Origin: Spirochaetia bacterium
Lineage (GTDB): Bacteria; Spirochaetota; Spirochaetia; CADAEX01
DNA length: 64,000 bases
Reading direction: 5' to 3'
NCBI GenBank assembly: GCA_963662265.2
Contig: CAXXHA010000010.1
Span: 1-64,000, forward strand
The notes below the pieces were generated by a model, which was not told the DNA's origin, made no database searches, and saw only the letters and a program-made list of their open reading frames with translations. Both the position numbers and the translations under genes were made by a program. Position 1 is the first letter of the stretch; every line of letters begins with the position of its first letter. Below are positions 40,667 to 49,871 of the stretch, one piece after another.

Positions 40667-41844
40667 GGTTTTGGTGGATTTGCTTCCTCAAGGTGATGTC
40701 TTTTTTGTGTAATGATATGAACAGGCTTCTGCTCAAATCCAAGTCCTTTACTTAAAAGTTCAGAATTAAGTTTTACTGAGAATTTTCTCTCTGCCATCTC
40801 CCGGATGAATTCGGTATCAGTAGTTGAAGTAATATGGTAAAAATCTTTCTTGACTTGCATTAGCCACAAATGGAACGTCTCCTCAAGTCTTAGGTGAAGA
40901 CAATCTGCTCTGTACCATCTATCAGCAAAGTCTTCTCCTGGGTCCACAGGATTCGGTACACGAGGAATCGATGCATTTATATAGTTTTCCATTTTGCTCA
41001 AAACATTATTCAGAGCTAATTGAAGATTTGTTTCGCCCTGATAAGCTCGTGATGCTAATGTTGTAATTATGATTGAAATAGGCTTCGATTCCGGGTTTTC
41101 GATACTCCAACAGTCTCTATGCCTTTTAAGTAATTGAATAACTCTTTGTAATGGCGATTTTATCTTGTACTGAGGAACATCATCAACTTGCGCTTTTTTC
41201 ATCCTGTATCCTATAGGTAATGATTGCATTCGGTATCCAAACCACTTTGCATAACCTTCAGGATTACTAATATTCCAATCGTCACAGATATTTCTGTATG
41301 ATTCATGACGATCATCAGTGATGGAAATTGTCGTATAAGCAGCCGAAGCGGCTAATGGATCTTCAAGTCCAGTTGATCGAATCGATTTTAAAATCGCTTC
41401 TTGCTTTACACTTTCGGCGGGAATACATGGGACAATATCCATGTGAAAACTGATTTCATCTTGATATTCTAAACGCCAACATCTATGTTTTGGTTCCAGT
41501 CTTTTTTGGATTCCTCTTGCTGTTCTGTATAATTCCAGCTCTGACCCAACAATTTTCTTTAAACCTTCTTGAGTGATGGTTCTTTTATCAAATCCGGTCC
41601 GCAATTTGCAAGCGAGATCGAGATCGTATTCATCTCTTTCATTTATCGGACGTATTGCAGTGCCAAGTCTAAAAGACCCCTGAGGGAAAATGTGTGGCTC
41701 GTTATCTTTAAGTAGAGATCCTTCTCTATCAAACCATTTCCCCAAGTCTTCATATCTTTTTTTTGCTTTTTCATAAGCATGATCAGGTAATTCCAGCTGT
41801 TCGATCAAGTTCGAAAGTATCGTTTCTTTTTGTATTTCAGTCAT
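40654..41844 (-). CDS. CD-NTase (cGAS/DncV-like cyclic nucleotide synthase) of CBASS
   Basis: PQGSFRLGTAIRP..DEYDLD, RCWRLEY, FHMDIVP, SNPEGY, LQRVIQLLKRHRD, PISIIITTL, NPVDPGEDFADRW; GGAGG RBS before ATG 41844. Confidence 0.93.
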   Translation of the reverse strand: MTEIQKETILSNLIEQLELPDHAYEKAKKRYEDLGKWFDREGSLLKDNEPHIFPQGSFRLGTAIRPINERDEYDLDLACKLRTGFDKRTITQEGLKKIVGSELELYRTARGIQKRLEPKHRCWRLEYQDEISFHMDIVPCIPAESVKQEAILKSIRSTGLEDPLAASAAYTTISITDDRHESYRNICDDWNISNPEGYAKWFGYRMQSLPIGYRMKKAQVDDVPQYKIKSPLQRVIQLLKRHRDCWSIENPESKPISIIITTLASRAYQGETNLQLALNNVLSKMENYINASIPRVPNPVDPGEDFADRWYRADCLHLRLEETFHLWLMQVKKDFYHITSTTDTEFIREMAERKFSVKLNSELLSKGLGFEQKPVHIITQKRHHLEEANPPKPWRV

Positions 41845-43009
41845 CTTTTCCTCCGATTGTGATTGTTTTAACAAACTTTCGCAGTTTGTTATTCTGGTCA
41901 TATATTATCCAGGGCATATCCGCTTTTGGCATTCTGGCTCTCCCCATTTCTATAGAACAGGAGATACCCATAGCTGGAAAAACTGATAAATCTTTTTGAC
42001 CGTGGAAATTCTTTATTTGAATCATTAGAGACCTTATTGCCGTACGCATCATTGAAAGTTGAACTTGATTGCGAATATTGTCATTTCCTATATGTGTTTC
42101 AGGGACGGTTAAATCCCATATTGAAACATTATCCCCTAATACAGATTTGATTCGGTCATGATGTATGGAATCGCTCAAAGAAATAACAAGCACTGGTTGT
42201 CCCTCTGTGTTCTTTGGTTTTTTTATGATGAATTCGAATCCTTCTGGAAAATTTTGCCAGTGCCAGCCTTTGGGTTCTCTTAAAAGTTGATAGGTATCTA
42301 CAGATACTTTATCAGTGAATAACGCCCCTAGATGAATCAACAAAGGAATATCTGCTAAACAAAATAGCGAGAAATGCTTTGTCTGATCACTTTCAACAAG
42401 AGGTATTATCTTCTGGTTGAACATCCTGATTTGATGAGATAATTCAGATTCCCAAAATATTGACGTTTTGTCCTCGTGGGAGCATAACATTGATAGATCA
42501 ACTGATTTATCAGAAGCAGGATAGCGCTCTGGAAACATCGCTTCTATGGCTTCATCCTTCTGAAGCGGAGACCGTTGCTCGCCTATATTACTACCATAAA
42601 AAACTACATGGGATTTTTTGTTCGCTACAATTCCTGTTACGGATACAACTCTGTATTCATGCTCTCTTTTCCATTGCTGGAGTATTGAAGCAGAATATTT
42701 ACTACCATCTTTGTCTTGATCAATCGTTTTATGGCAGTCATGACACATAAGCATCAGGTTGTCTACATCATTAAGTTTCTGCGGCTTTTTTTGAAAAGGA
42801 CCCCACCCACGGGGGCCATCTTTTGAGAAAGAGTAAATGTGAGCTTTCTCCGAAATATTAACACGTTCTTGGGTAACTGGAGACTTGTAGAGTATTCGAT
42901 TACAACCATTAAATTGGCATCGTCCAGCAGCTCGTGCCCACAATTCTCGCTCTATTTCTTTTTTGATATTGCGGGTTATTTTGATTTCTTTAATAACATC
43001 TGTCCCCAT
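41837..43009 (-). CDS. cap5: HNH-SAVED effector nuclease (Cap5-type)
   Basis: LWARAAGRCQFNGC, EKAHI...GPRG and NLMLMCHDCHKTID (HNH); C-terminal LADIPLLIHLG, YQLLRE, LVISLSD and VFPAM...MGR (SAVED). Confidence 0.88.
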   Translation of the reverse strand: MGTDVIKEIKITRNIKKEIERELWARAAGRCQFNGCNRILYKSPVTQERVNISEKAHIYSFSKDGPRGWGPFQKKPQKLNDVDNLMLMCHDCHKTIDQDKDGSKYSASILQQWKREHEYRVVSVTGIVANKKSHVVFYGSNIGEQRSPLQKDEAIEAMFPERYPASDKSVDLSMLCSHEDKTSIFWESELSHQIRMFNQKIIPLVESDQTKHFSLFCLADIPLLIHLGALFTDKVSVDTYQLLREPKGWHWQNFPEGFEFIIKKPKNTEGQPVLVISLSDSIHHDRIKSVLGDNVSIWDLTVPETHIGNDNIRNQVQLSMMRTAIRSLMIQIKNFHGQKDLSVFPAMGISCSIEMGRARMPKADMPWIIYDQNNKLRKFVKTITIGGKDD

Positions 43010-43020
43010 AAATATACCCT

Positions 43021-43254
43021 CTATTTCTTATCCTTTGGAGGACAGGGGTCATTACCATAACTGTTACCACCACGGATTTTTCCATCTCGACCATGAATCT
43101 TGGTATCAGATTTCTGGTTTCGGGCAATATCCTGTGCTATTTCAATTGCTTCTTGTTGAGTTGAGGTTACCTTTGTAGCCTTACTATTCCCGGCACCTTT
43201 AACAGCCCATCCATCTTCATGTTTAACGACATGCTGATTCTTTCCTTTTGCCAT
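43021..43254 (-). CDS. DUF2188 family small protein
   Basis: NQHVV..GWAVKGAG..AT..TQQEAI..A..IHGRDGKIR..SYGNDP.PP; AAGGAGG RBS. Confidence 0.88.
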   Translation of the reverse strand: MAKGKNQHVVKHEDGWAVKGAGNSKATKVTSTQQEAIEIAQDIARNQKSDTKIHGRDGKIRGGNSYGNDPCPPKDKK

Positions 43255-43271
43255 CTCGGCCTCCTTGCATT

Positions 43272-43308
43272 TTCTCGTTCATTGAAACAGATGAACGAGA
43301 ATGATCAA
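43272..43308 (-). promoter_or_regulatory. Candidate CBASS promoter/operator
   Basis: Perfect 11-bp inverted repeat TTCTCGTTCAT-N8-ATGAACGAGAA at 43272-43301, overlapping TTGATC...TGnTTCAAT on the minus strand; an 18/19-identical box recurs at 43863-43881. Confidence 0.7.
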
Positions 43309-43314
43309 AAAATT

Positions 43315-43872
43315 TTATTTAATTCTATAGTAATAGAATTCTTTACCACCACTCGGGGCAATTTCTTCTTGTCTTATTAGAAACCCCCCAGTCACTAATT
43401 GTTTAAGTTTCATGCTTGCATTGTTTAATTTCAGTTCCAACTCCTTCGCTACTTCAGCTGCTGTTATTGACGGCTTGGAAATAGCAAGCTCCAAAACTGC
43501 TTTTATTCCCAATTTTGGTTCTGTTCCAATTATCTGATACTCATTATCATTCCAGATAAACATTGGAATCTCTTTTTTAAGTGCAGCAGCATCAAGGTTA
43601 TCTATTAAATCAGGGTTCGTTACATCTGTAAGACAGATCCCTTTATCTCCCTTATATCGCCTAGCAACTTCCATTATACTTTCACGGGGAAATGAGGCAT
43701 CCAATCTACCTACATTTTTCAATGATATTAAAAAAAGAAGAGAAGTTGATTTTTCAATAATATTGAGGAGTTTTGAGTGTACTTCAATACCTTGTTCGCG
43801 ACCCCACCCATCATCTGATTCCATGAGATTTCGAAGAAGTATAGTCTCTCTTTTCTGCTTCATCTCTTTCAT
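43315..43872 (-). CDS. STAS-like + winged-helix transcriptional regulator (CapS-like)
   Basis: ISLKNVGRLDASFPRE STAS-like segment with a candidate phospho-Ser; ITAAEVAKELELKLNNASMKLKQLVTGGFLIR wHTH. May start at ATG 43863. Confidence 0.75.
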   Translation of the reverse strand: MKEMKQKRETILLRNLMESDDGWGREQGIEVHSKLLNIIEKSTSLLFLISLKNVGRLDASFPRESIMEVARRYKGDKGICLTDVTNPDLIDNLDAAALKKEIPMFIWNDNEYQIIGTEPKLGIKAVLELAISKPSITAAEVAKELELKLNNASMKLKQLVTGGFLIRQEEIAPSGGKEFYYYRIK

Positions 43873-43888
43873 TGAAACAGAAAACTAA

Positions 43889-44818
43889 CTATTTGTCAAG
43901 ACCAATATCTAATGTAATATGAGTTCCGGCGAAATCCATTGTCGTTTTTGTTATAGAACCTTGAGCTTCATACCCAAATATTTTTGAGTCTAGGGGTGTA
44001 AGGTGAAATCTGGAGTGAGGGAGTCGCACATCCAGAGTCGCATGAAATTTCAAAGCATGTTTTGCACATGTTTTTAGTCCACAACCTTTGTCACCACCAT
44101 CTTTTGAAAGGCCTTCGGAAAACATCAGTTCAATCAATTTTGCATCATCTGCATCTTTATATTGGGGATAATGATCTGTAATTTTTGAACGAAGGGAAGT
44201 CAGTAATCCTATACCGCTATCTGACACAGCAACTTTAACAGAAGTACCTTTTTTATAAACTTGAAAGGCGATAAAACCTTTAAGCTCAGTTTGACTATGA
44301 AGGTAGATATTTTCTACAAGCTCAGCAAAAAAAGTATAACAGGGAGTATCAAAAGAGGCCCTTATATTCTCGTCAGCAATATTGGATAGCAATTTATTAG
44401 CTAAAGTCGTAGGTAAGGAAGAATCTCTTGCTAAATTTACAGGATCTATTGGAATAATTTCAAGAACTCCAGAGTTTGTACCTCGAAATATATCTGCACC
44501 AGAAATATCTGGCCTTTCTGGGACAGTTGTTATATCATCTTCCAACTGATCAAAAAAACCTAATCTATTCATATATCCAAATGCACCATCTTCACCTTCT
44601 TCGAAATTAAGACAGACATTTTTTCCTGATTTGCATAGTTGGTTAAGATAGCTTAAAAGCCGAACCCCCGCATCTACCATGAGCTTTCCGCCATCAGGAA
44701 CAGTAATCAAGAAATCCGTACTATCTTGAATAGTCGTACCTTCAACCAGATTTAATTGATTTTCAAGATCCACACAGCTAATCCATTTTTCCGGTAATTC
44801 TATTGAAATCTGTCTCAT
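43889..44818 (-). CDS. Anti-sigma-factor-type GHKL/HATPase kinase with N-terminal STAS-like domain (CapK-like)
   Basis: FAELVENIYLHS (N box), VAVSDSGIGL (G1), GLSK...GCGL (G2), GTHITL; no HisKA phospho-His domain. Confidence 0.78.
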   Translation of the reverse strand: MRQISIELPEKWISCVDLENQLNLVEGTTIQDSTDFLITVPDGGKLMVDAGVRLLSYLNQLCKSGKNVCLNFEEGEDGAFGYMNRLGFFDQLEDDITTVPERPDISGADIFRGTNSGVLEIIPIDPVNLARDSSLPTTLANKLLSNIADENIRASFDTPCYTFFAELVENIYLHSQTELKGFIAFQVYKKGTSVKVAVSDSGIGLLTSLRSKITDHYPQYKDADDAKLIELMFSEGLSKDGGDKGCGLKTCAKHALKFHATLDVRLPHSRFHLTPLDSKIFGYEAQGSITKTTMDFAGTHITLDIGLDK

Positions 44819-44928
44819 GCTTATTCGCTCCTAACTACACATATTTCCAAGAGAAATACTCAAATCCATTGGAAACTGTAAATTCCATATCATTCCCCAG
44901 AGCCTTAAAATGGGCTTTTCCACTCATA

Positions 44929-45810
44929 TCAATGATGCAGTATATCCACCGCATTGCTAGATATCTTCTGTATCGACTCAACCGATTTTTCGTAGTTCTC
45001 CTCTGCAACCCCTGTGTAGAGAATATCCATGATAATTATCTGGGAAAGCCTTGCGTATGAAGTAAGAAGGTAGTCATCAAGCTCCTCGTACTGGGAGGAA
45101 ATCTTTATGTCTGCCATCTTTATAAGGGGGGATCTTCCCGGGCCTGTTATTGCAATAGTTGCAGCGCCGTTATCCTTTGCAATCTTCATTGCAGTGTTGA
45201 CAACTTCTGTCTTTCCCGAATAACTGAGGCCTATTGCGACATCCCCTTTCTCTGTTAATGATGCTGCAATCCCCATCTCTGCAGGGTCGTTGTAGACAGA
45301 TGTCTTTATCCCTGCCCTGTAAAACCTGAGGTATGAGTTTTTTGCTGCTATGCAGGATGTCCCTACGCAGAAGAAATTTATACTTTTTGCATCCTTTATA
45401 GCACCGATCGCATTTAGGATCTCCCTGGTATCGAGGTTCTTGAGAGTCATCTGTATGTCTGAGATATATTCATTCTTTACACGTGATATGAGGCTGTCGA
45501 CAGGGTCGTCTGTGTTTATCCTGTCAAGGTCGTCAAGTTCACCTTTAGTCTCTCTTACAGATGAATCAACCTTTATAACTGCATACTTGAAGTTCTGAAA
45601 GCTGCTGAACCCGATTTTTCTTATAAATCTTGTTACTGTCGCTTCCGACACATCGCAGTTCAGTGCAAGCTGCTTTATCTTGAGATGTTTGAGCTCCTCC
45701 CTGTTGGAGAGAAAATATTCAGCCACCTTCACTTGAGCCTTGTTGAACGAAGGCATGAGGTTCTGTATTCTTACGAAAAGATTGTTTATAAAGATATCTT
45801 CCTGCGCCAT
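44929..45810 (-). CDS. RpiR/MurR-family regulator
   Basis: VSEATVTRFIRKIGFSSFQNFK HTH plus a SIS domain (GLSYSGKT). Confidence 0.92.
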   Translation of the reverse strand: MAQEDIFINNLFVRIQNLMPSFNKAQVKVAEYFLSNREELKHLKIKQLALNCDVSEATVTRFIRKIGFSSFQNFKYAVIKVDSSVRETKGELDDLDRINTDDPVDSLISRVKNEYISDIQMTLKNLDTREILNAIGAIKDAKSINFFCVGTSCIAAKNSYLRFYRAGIKTSVYNDPAEMGIAASLTEKGDVAIGLSYSGKTEVVNTAMKIAKDNGAATIAITGPGRSPLIKMADIKISSQYEELDDYLLTSYARLSQIIIMDILYTGVAEENYEKSVESIQKISSNAVDILHH

Positions 45811-45894
45811 TTCTTACAAAGTAAAAGAAATAATGCGGTTTTGCAATAAAAAAATAAAATATATGCAGTAATGATTCTTTGTATAGAAAAAAAC

Positions 45895-45970
45895 TTGACA
45901 GGAGAAAATGCTCTGGTATAATTCTTCCTGTATGAAATTCACTTTCATATGAAATGAAATTACATTTCAT
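45895..45970 (+). promoter_or_regulatory. Promoter with tandem palindromic operators (candidate RpiR sites)
   Basis: TTGACA 45895, TGgTATAAT 45914-45922; ATGAAA-N5-TTTCAT at 45932-45948 and again at 45954-45970. Confidence 0.78.
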
Positions 45971-46016
45971 ATCTCATTTGCCCGGCCGGCAGCAATTCTA
46001 CAATGGAGGAAATTTA

Positions 46017-47183
46017 ATGGAAAGTCTTATCTCTCCCGACAGTCTCGGACTGATCATTTCTGTAATGATGATAATGATTGCACTCGCTTTCTATCTTCAG
46101 AAATTCAGGGTATTCAGATCATTCGGCCCTGTTATCACAGTTATTATTCTCGGAGCTGTTTTATCCAATCTCGGCATAATGCCGAAATGGTCTGACAGCT
46201 ATAATTTTATTTTTGAATTTGCAGTACCTGTTTCGCTTTGTCTGTTCCTTCTGCATATTGATGTTAAAAAATTCCTTAAGGTTGCAAAAAACCCTATGCT
46301 TGCAATGCTTTTCGGTCTTTTCAGCATCTGTGTGGTTGCACTCACCATGGGTATTATCTTTGCACCGAAAATCGCAGAAGGATGGAAAATTGCAGGTATG
46401 TTTATCGGAACATATACAGGCGGAAGCCCAAACCTTACAGCTATTGCCCAGGGCCTCAAGGCTACTCCCGACACTATTGTTGCAGGTAATGCTGCAGACT
46501 ATGCAATCGGCCTTCCCACTATTCTTATTTTCATGGCGCTCCCGAGACTTATCGGAAAAGCCAAATGGTTTCAGAAATTCTGGCCCTACTCTCTCAACGA
46601 GGAACAGCTTGCAGCTCCTGAAGAGGAAAAGCTTTTCGGAAGCATAGACTGGTCAATTCATGATATTTCAATCCTTCTTGCAACAGCATTCACTGTAGTT
46701 TCAGTCTGTACCCTTGTTACAAGCCAGTTCTCAGACCTGATTGCAAGTGCGACAAGAATTCTCTTAATCACAACTGTTTCAATTATCATGGCGCAGTTTG
46801 AGCCTATCAAGAAGCTGAAAGGTTCTGTAGACCTGGGTTTCTATATATGTCTCTTCTTCCTCTGTGTTATTGGTTTCATGCTTAACATCAAGGAAGTGCT
46901 TAATGCTGCTCCCATGATTGCCCTCTTCTGTTTCTGCGTTGTTGCAGGAGCTGTGCTTCTTCATCTTGTGCTTTGCAGAATTTTTAAGATCGAATGGCAG
47001 TACTATATTGTTTCTTCTGTTGCAGCTATCTGGGACGGTCCTACAACTGCAATGCTTGCAGGGGCTCAGGGTTGGACATCGCTCATGCCTGTGGCAATTA
47101 TCCTGGGTGCCTTTGGAGAGGCCTGCGGAAACTATCTAGGTATCGGAATAGCATTTCTAATCAAATCATTTATCGGTGCCTGA
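46017..47183 (+). CDS. DUF819-family multi-pass membrane protein, probable transporter
   Basis: GGAGG RBS before ATG 46017; LSNLGIMP, GTYTGGSPN, SVAAIWDGPTTA; about 10-11 TM segments. Confidence 0.8.
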   Translation: MESLISPDSLGLIISVMMIMIALAFYLQKFRVFRSFGPVITVIILGAVLSNLGIMPKWSDSYNFIFEFAVPVSLCLFLLHIDVKKFLKVAKNPMLAMLFGLFSICVVALTMGIIFAPKIAEGWKIAGMFIGTYTGGSPNLTAIAQGLKATPDTIVAGNAADYAIGLPTILIFMALPRLIGKAKWFQKFWPYSLNEEQLAAPEEEKLFGSIDWSIHDISILLATAFTVVSVCTLVTSQFSDLIASATRILLITTVSIIMAQFEPIKKLKGSVDLGFYICLFFLCVIGFMLNIKEVLNAAPMIALFCFCVVAGAVLLHLVLCRIFKIEWQYYIVSSVAAIWDGPTTAMLAGAQGWTSLMPVAIILGAFGEACGNYLGIGIAFLIKSFIGA

Positions 47184-47258
47184 GTTACAGGAAATCACAG
47201 CCGGATTATTCCGGTATGTGATTATTTTAAATAATTACAGAGGAATACAGGCAGAGTA

Positions 47259-48527
47259 ATGATTAATAATAATATCAGTAAAAATGATTATATTGATTTT
47301 CTCAAAAAACTGATTGCGATCCAATCTGTTACTGGTAATGAAAAAGAAGCTGCTGAGTTTCTTAAAAAGAATTTTATCGAAAACGGTTTTGAAAACTGCT
47401 TCATTGACAGGTGCGGAAACCTTGTCGCACTTCTACCAGGCCGTGGAGAAGGTCCATGCATCATGCTTAACGGTCACCTCGATGTTGTGCCAGAAGGAAA
47501 TATGGATGACTGGCTCCCATATCATCCATATAACGCGGAACTTGATGATGAGGGGAACCTGTACGGACGGGGAACTTCTGACATGAAGGGGGGGCTTTCA
47601 TCCCTTTTCTTCACCATGCTTCACTTTAAAAAGCTCTCCGATGAGGGGTTTACACTTCCGGGAAACCTTGTATTCTCTGCAGTTGTCCATGAGGAAGCTG
47701 CTGAAATGCTTGGAATGGAGTATCTTATAGAAAAGACTCTTCCCGAAATAGGTATAAAATGCGACCTTGTGTGCCTTGCAGAGCCGACTGACGGCAACCT
47801 TGCAATTGGACAGCGGGGAAAGGTTGAGCTTGTAATAAGGACAAAGGGAAAAACAGCCCACTCATCTGTTCCGAAAGAGGGTATCAATGCTCTTGAAAAG
47901 ATGGGGCCTGTGCTTGATTATATTTTCAAAACCATGCCTCTTTCTCTTAAATCCAGCGATGTTTTCGGGGAAGGGACTGTTACAGTTACCGACTGTGTTG
48001 TGAAGCCGGGGGCTTTGAGCGTAATACCTGATGAATGCGAGATTTCGGTTGACAGGAGGTACATGCCTGATGAGACGATTGAATCGCTTCTTGAGGAATT
48101 TGAAAATCTATTCAAAGGCCTTAAAGAGAAGGACAGTGATTTTGATGCATCTGTTTCTGCAAGGTATTTCGATGAGACAACCTATACAGGCTACAGTAAA
48201 AACATCATGAAATATCATCCCCCCTGGATGATGGAGAGGGATAATATATTTGTAGAAAAAGCATTTGCTGCGCTTAAAAAAGCGGGTCAGAATCCTTCCA
48301 TCAAGTACTGGAAATCGGGATGCGACGGAAGCATGAGCTGCGGAATCCACGGGATACCCACAATAGGTTATTCGTGGGGTCTTGAAGAATGGGTTCATAA
48401 GCCTGGTGAAAGGGTAAATATAGACAAAATGCTTGAAACGATATCCGGATATATTGAAATTGTAAAAAATGTGATGGATGCTGATGAGTCATTCAGCATC
48501 GGAAAAAGCGGAAGGAGCGGGATTTGA
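47259..48527 (+). CDS. M20-family metallo-amidohydrolase (ArgE/DapE/YgeY-like)
   Basis: NGHLDVVP, YGRGTSDMKG, VHEE, AEPT, GKTAHSS.P.EG.NA, C-terminal His. Confidence 0.9.
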   Translation: MINNNISKNDYIDFLKKLIAIQSVTGNEKEAAEFLKKNFIENGFENCFIDRCGNLVALLPGRGEGPCIMLNGHLDVVPEGNMDDWLPYHPYNAELDDEGNLYGRGTSDMKGGLSSLFFTMLHFKKLSDEGFTLPGNLVFSAVVHEEAAEMLGMEYLIEKTLPEIGIKCDLVCLAEPTDGNLAIGQRGKVELVIRTKGKTAHSSVPKEGINALEKMGPVLDYIFKTMPLSLKSSDVFGEGTVTVTDCVVKPGALSVIPDECEISVDRRYMPDETIESLLEEFENLFKGLKEKDSDFDASVSARYFDETTYTGYSKNIMKYHPPWMMERDNIFVEKAFAALKKAGQNPSIKYWKSGCDGSMSCGIHGIPTIGYSWGLEEWVHKPGERVNIDKMLETISGYIEIVKNVMDADESFSIGKSGRSGI

Positions 48528-49471
48528 AAACACTTATTAAGACAGATATTGAAACAGCTGTTAAAAGAGTACCTGAATGGGAGGGACTGGATGTTGATTT
48601 TAAACCGGCAGGCAACGGCATAACAAATCCCAACTTCATAGTTTCAGCAGCTGGGAAAAACTACTTCCTTAAAATCCCAGGGGCCGGAACAGACAGTTTC
48701 ATTGACAGGGACAACTGCCATGAAGCAAACCTGATTGCAATGGAATCAGGCTCAGGACCGGATGTTTTCAAATACTTTCCCGACACAGGTGTTGAAATAT
48801 GGGAATGGCTTGAAGGCTACAGGCAGCTTACTTTCGGGGATGTCTATGACAGGGAGATTTTCACAAAAATTGCCGAAACTGCCCTGAAGTTCCATTCATA
48901 CAGCGAAAAAAAGCTACCCCTTACGCAATCACTGTTTGAACAGGCAAGACACATGATAGAGAGAGCTGACAAACTCGGTTACAGGCCGCCCTGGTACGAC
49001 AGGATTATATTCCTCTTAAATACAATTGAGGAGGCTGTTAACACAGACGGAATAAATTTGAGCCCTTCACACAACGACCTCTGGACAAACAACTTCATGT
49101 ACAATCCGGAAACCGGGGATATGAAGATGATTGATTTTGAATATGCATCCATGAGCGATCCCTATAACGACCTGGGATGTTATTCAACTTCAAACTACCT
49201 TACAGAAGCTATGGATGTTGAACTCTGCAAAATATACCACGGAAGATGGGATGAAAAGGGTTTTGCAAGGATGAAGCTCTACAAGATTGTAGCTGACATT
49301 AAATGGGGCTACTGGGCGCTTCAGCAGTCGCTCTACTCTGATGTCGAGTTTGACTACATGGAATGGTACGGGGTCCAGTTCTCACGGCTCCGTCACCTCT
49401 GGCATGATCCAAGGCTTGACTACTGGATATCCCTCCTAAAGGGGACTGATATTTTTATCAGAAGAAAATAA
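48524..49471 (+). CDS. Choline/ethanolamine kinase-family phosphotransferase
   Basis: TTG start overlapping the upstream stop; GITNPN, LKIPG, SHNDL..NNF, MIDFEYASM.D. Confidence 0.85.
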   Translation: MKTLIKTDIETAVKRVPEWEGLDVDFKPAGNGITNPNFIVSAAGKNYFLKIPGAGTDSFIDRDNCHEANLIAMESGSGPDVFKYFPDTGVEIWEWLEGYRQLTFGDVYDREIFTKIAETALKFHSYSEKKLPLTQSLFEQARHMIERADKLGYRPPWYDRIIFLLNTIEEAVNTDGINLSPSHNDLWTNNFMYNPETGDMKMIDFEYASMSDPYNDLGCYSTSNYLTEAMDVELCKIYHGRWDEKGFARMKLYKIVADIKWGYWALQQSLYSDVEFDYMEWYGVQFSRLRHLWHDPRLDYWISLLKGTDIFIRRK

Positions 49472-49871
49472 AGCTTTAATTATTTATTCAGAACAATCTG
49501 ACCGGTGTCAGATGACAATAACAGAAGCCTGCATGTTGATATGAACCCCTTTTGTTGGACAAAAATCCAATAGCAGGGGTTTTTTCTTTTGAAATCAGGT
49601 TCATATAACCTGGTAATTATCTGTTAAGTTATTTTTATTAAATAACAATGAAAAATTTTTATTTTCCCTTTTTCCCCTTTGACTGATAATCATATAATTG
49701 ATATATTACGGCTTCCCTTTGGATCGCATCCATAACAGCATGTCAGTTTATAAAAAGTTACCAGAATTATACGTATCTCGCAAAAAGTTCCCGGACAGGA
49801 AATTTCCGTTCCTTATAACAATTTAATTTCAGTAACTCAAAGAATATTTATTTTTAAAGAGGAAAAAAATA

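Noticed and set aside
39855-44928. att sites or direct repeats bounding the CBASS island
   Set aside because: No convincing repeat, tRNA or integrase was found by eye.
49537-49590. IS3-like terminal repeat (TGATATGAACCCC..TTGGACA)
   Set aside because: No transposase or partner end; it is adequately explained as the terminator of the kinase operon.
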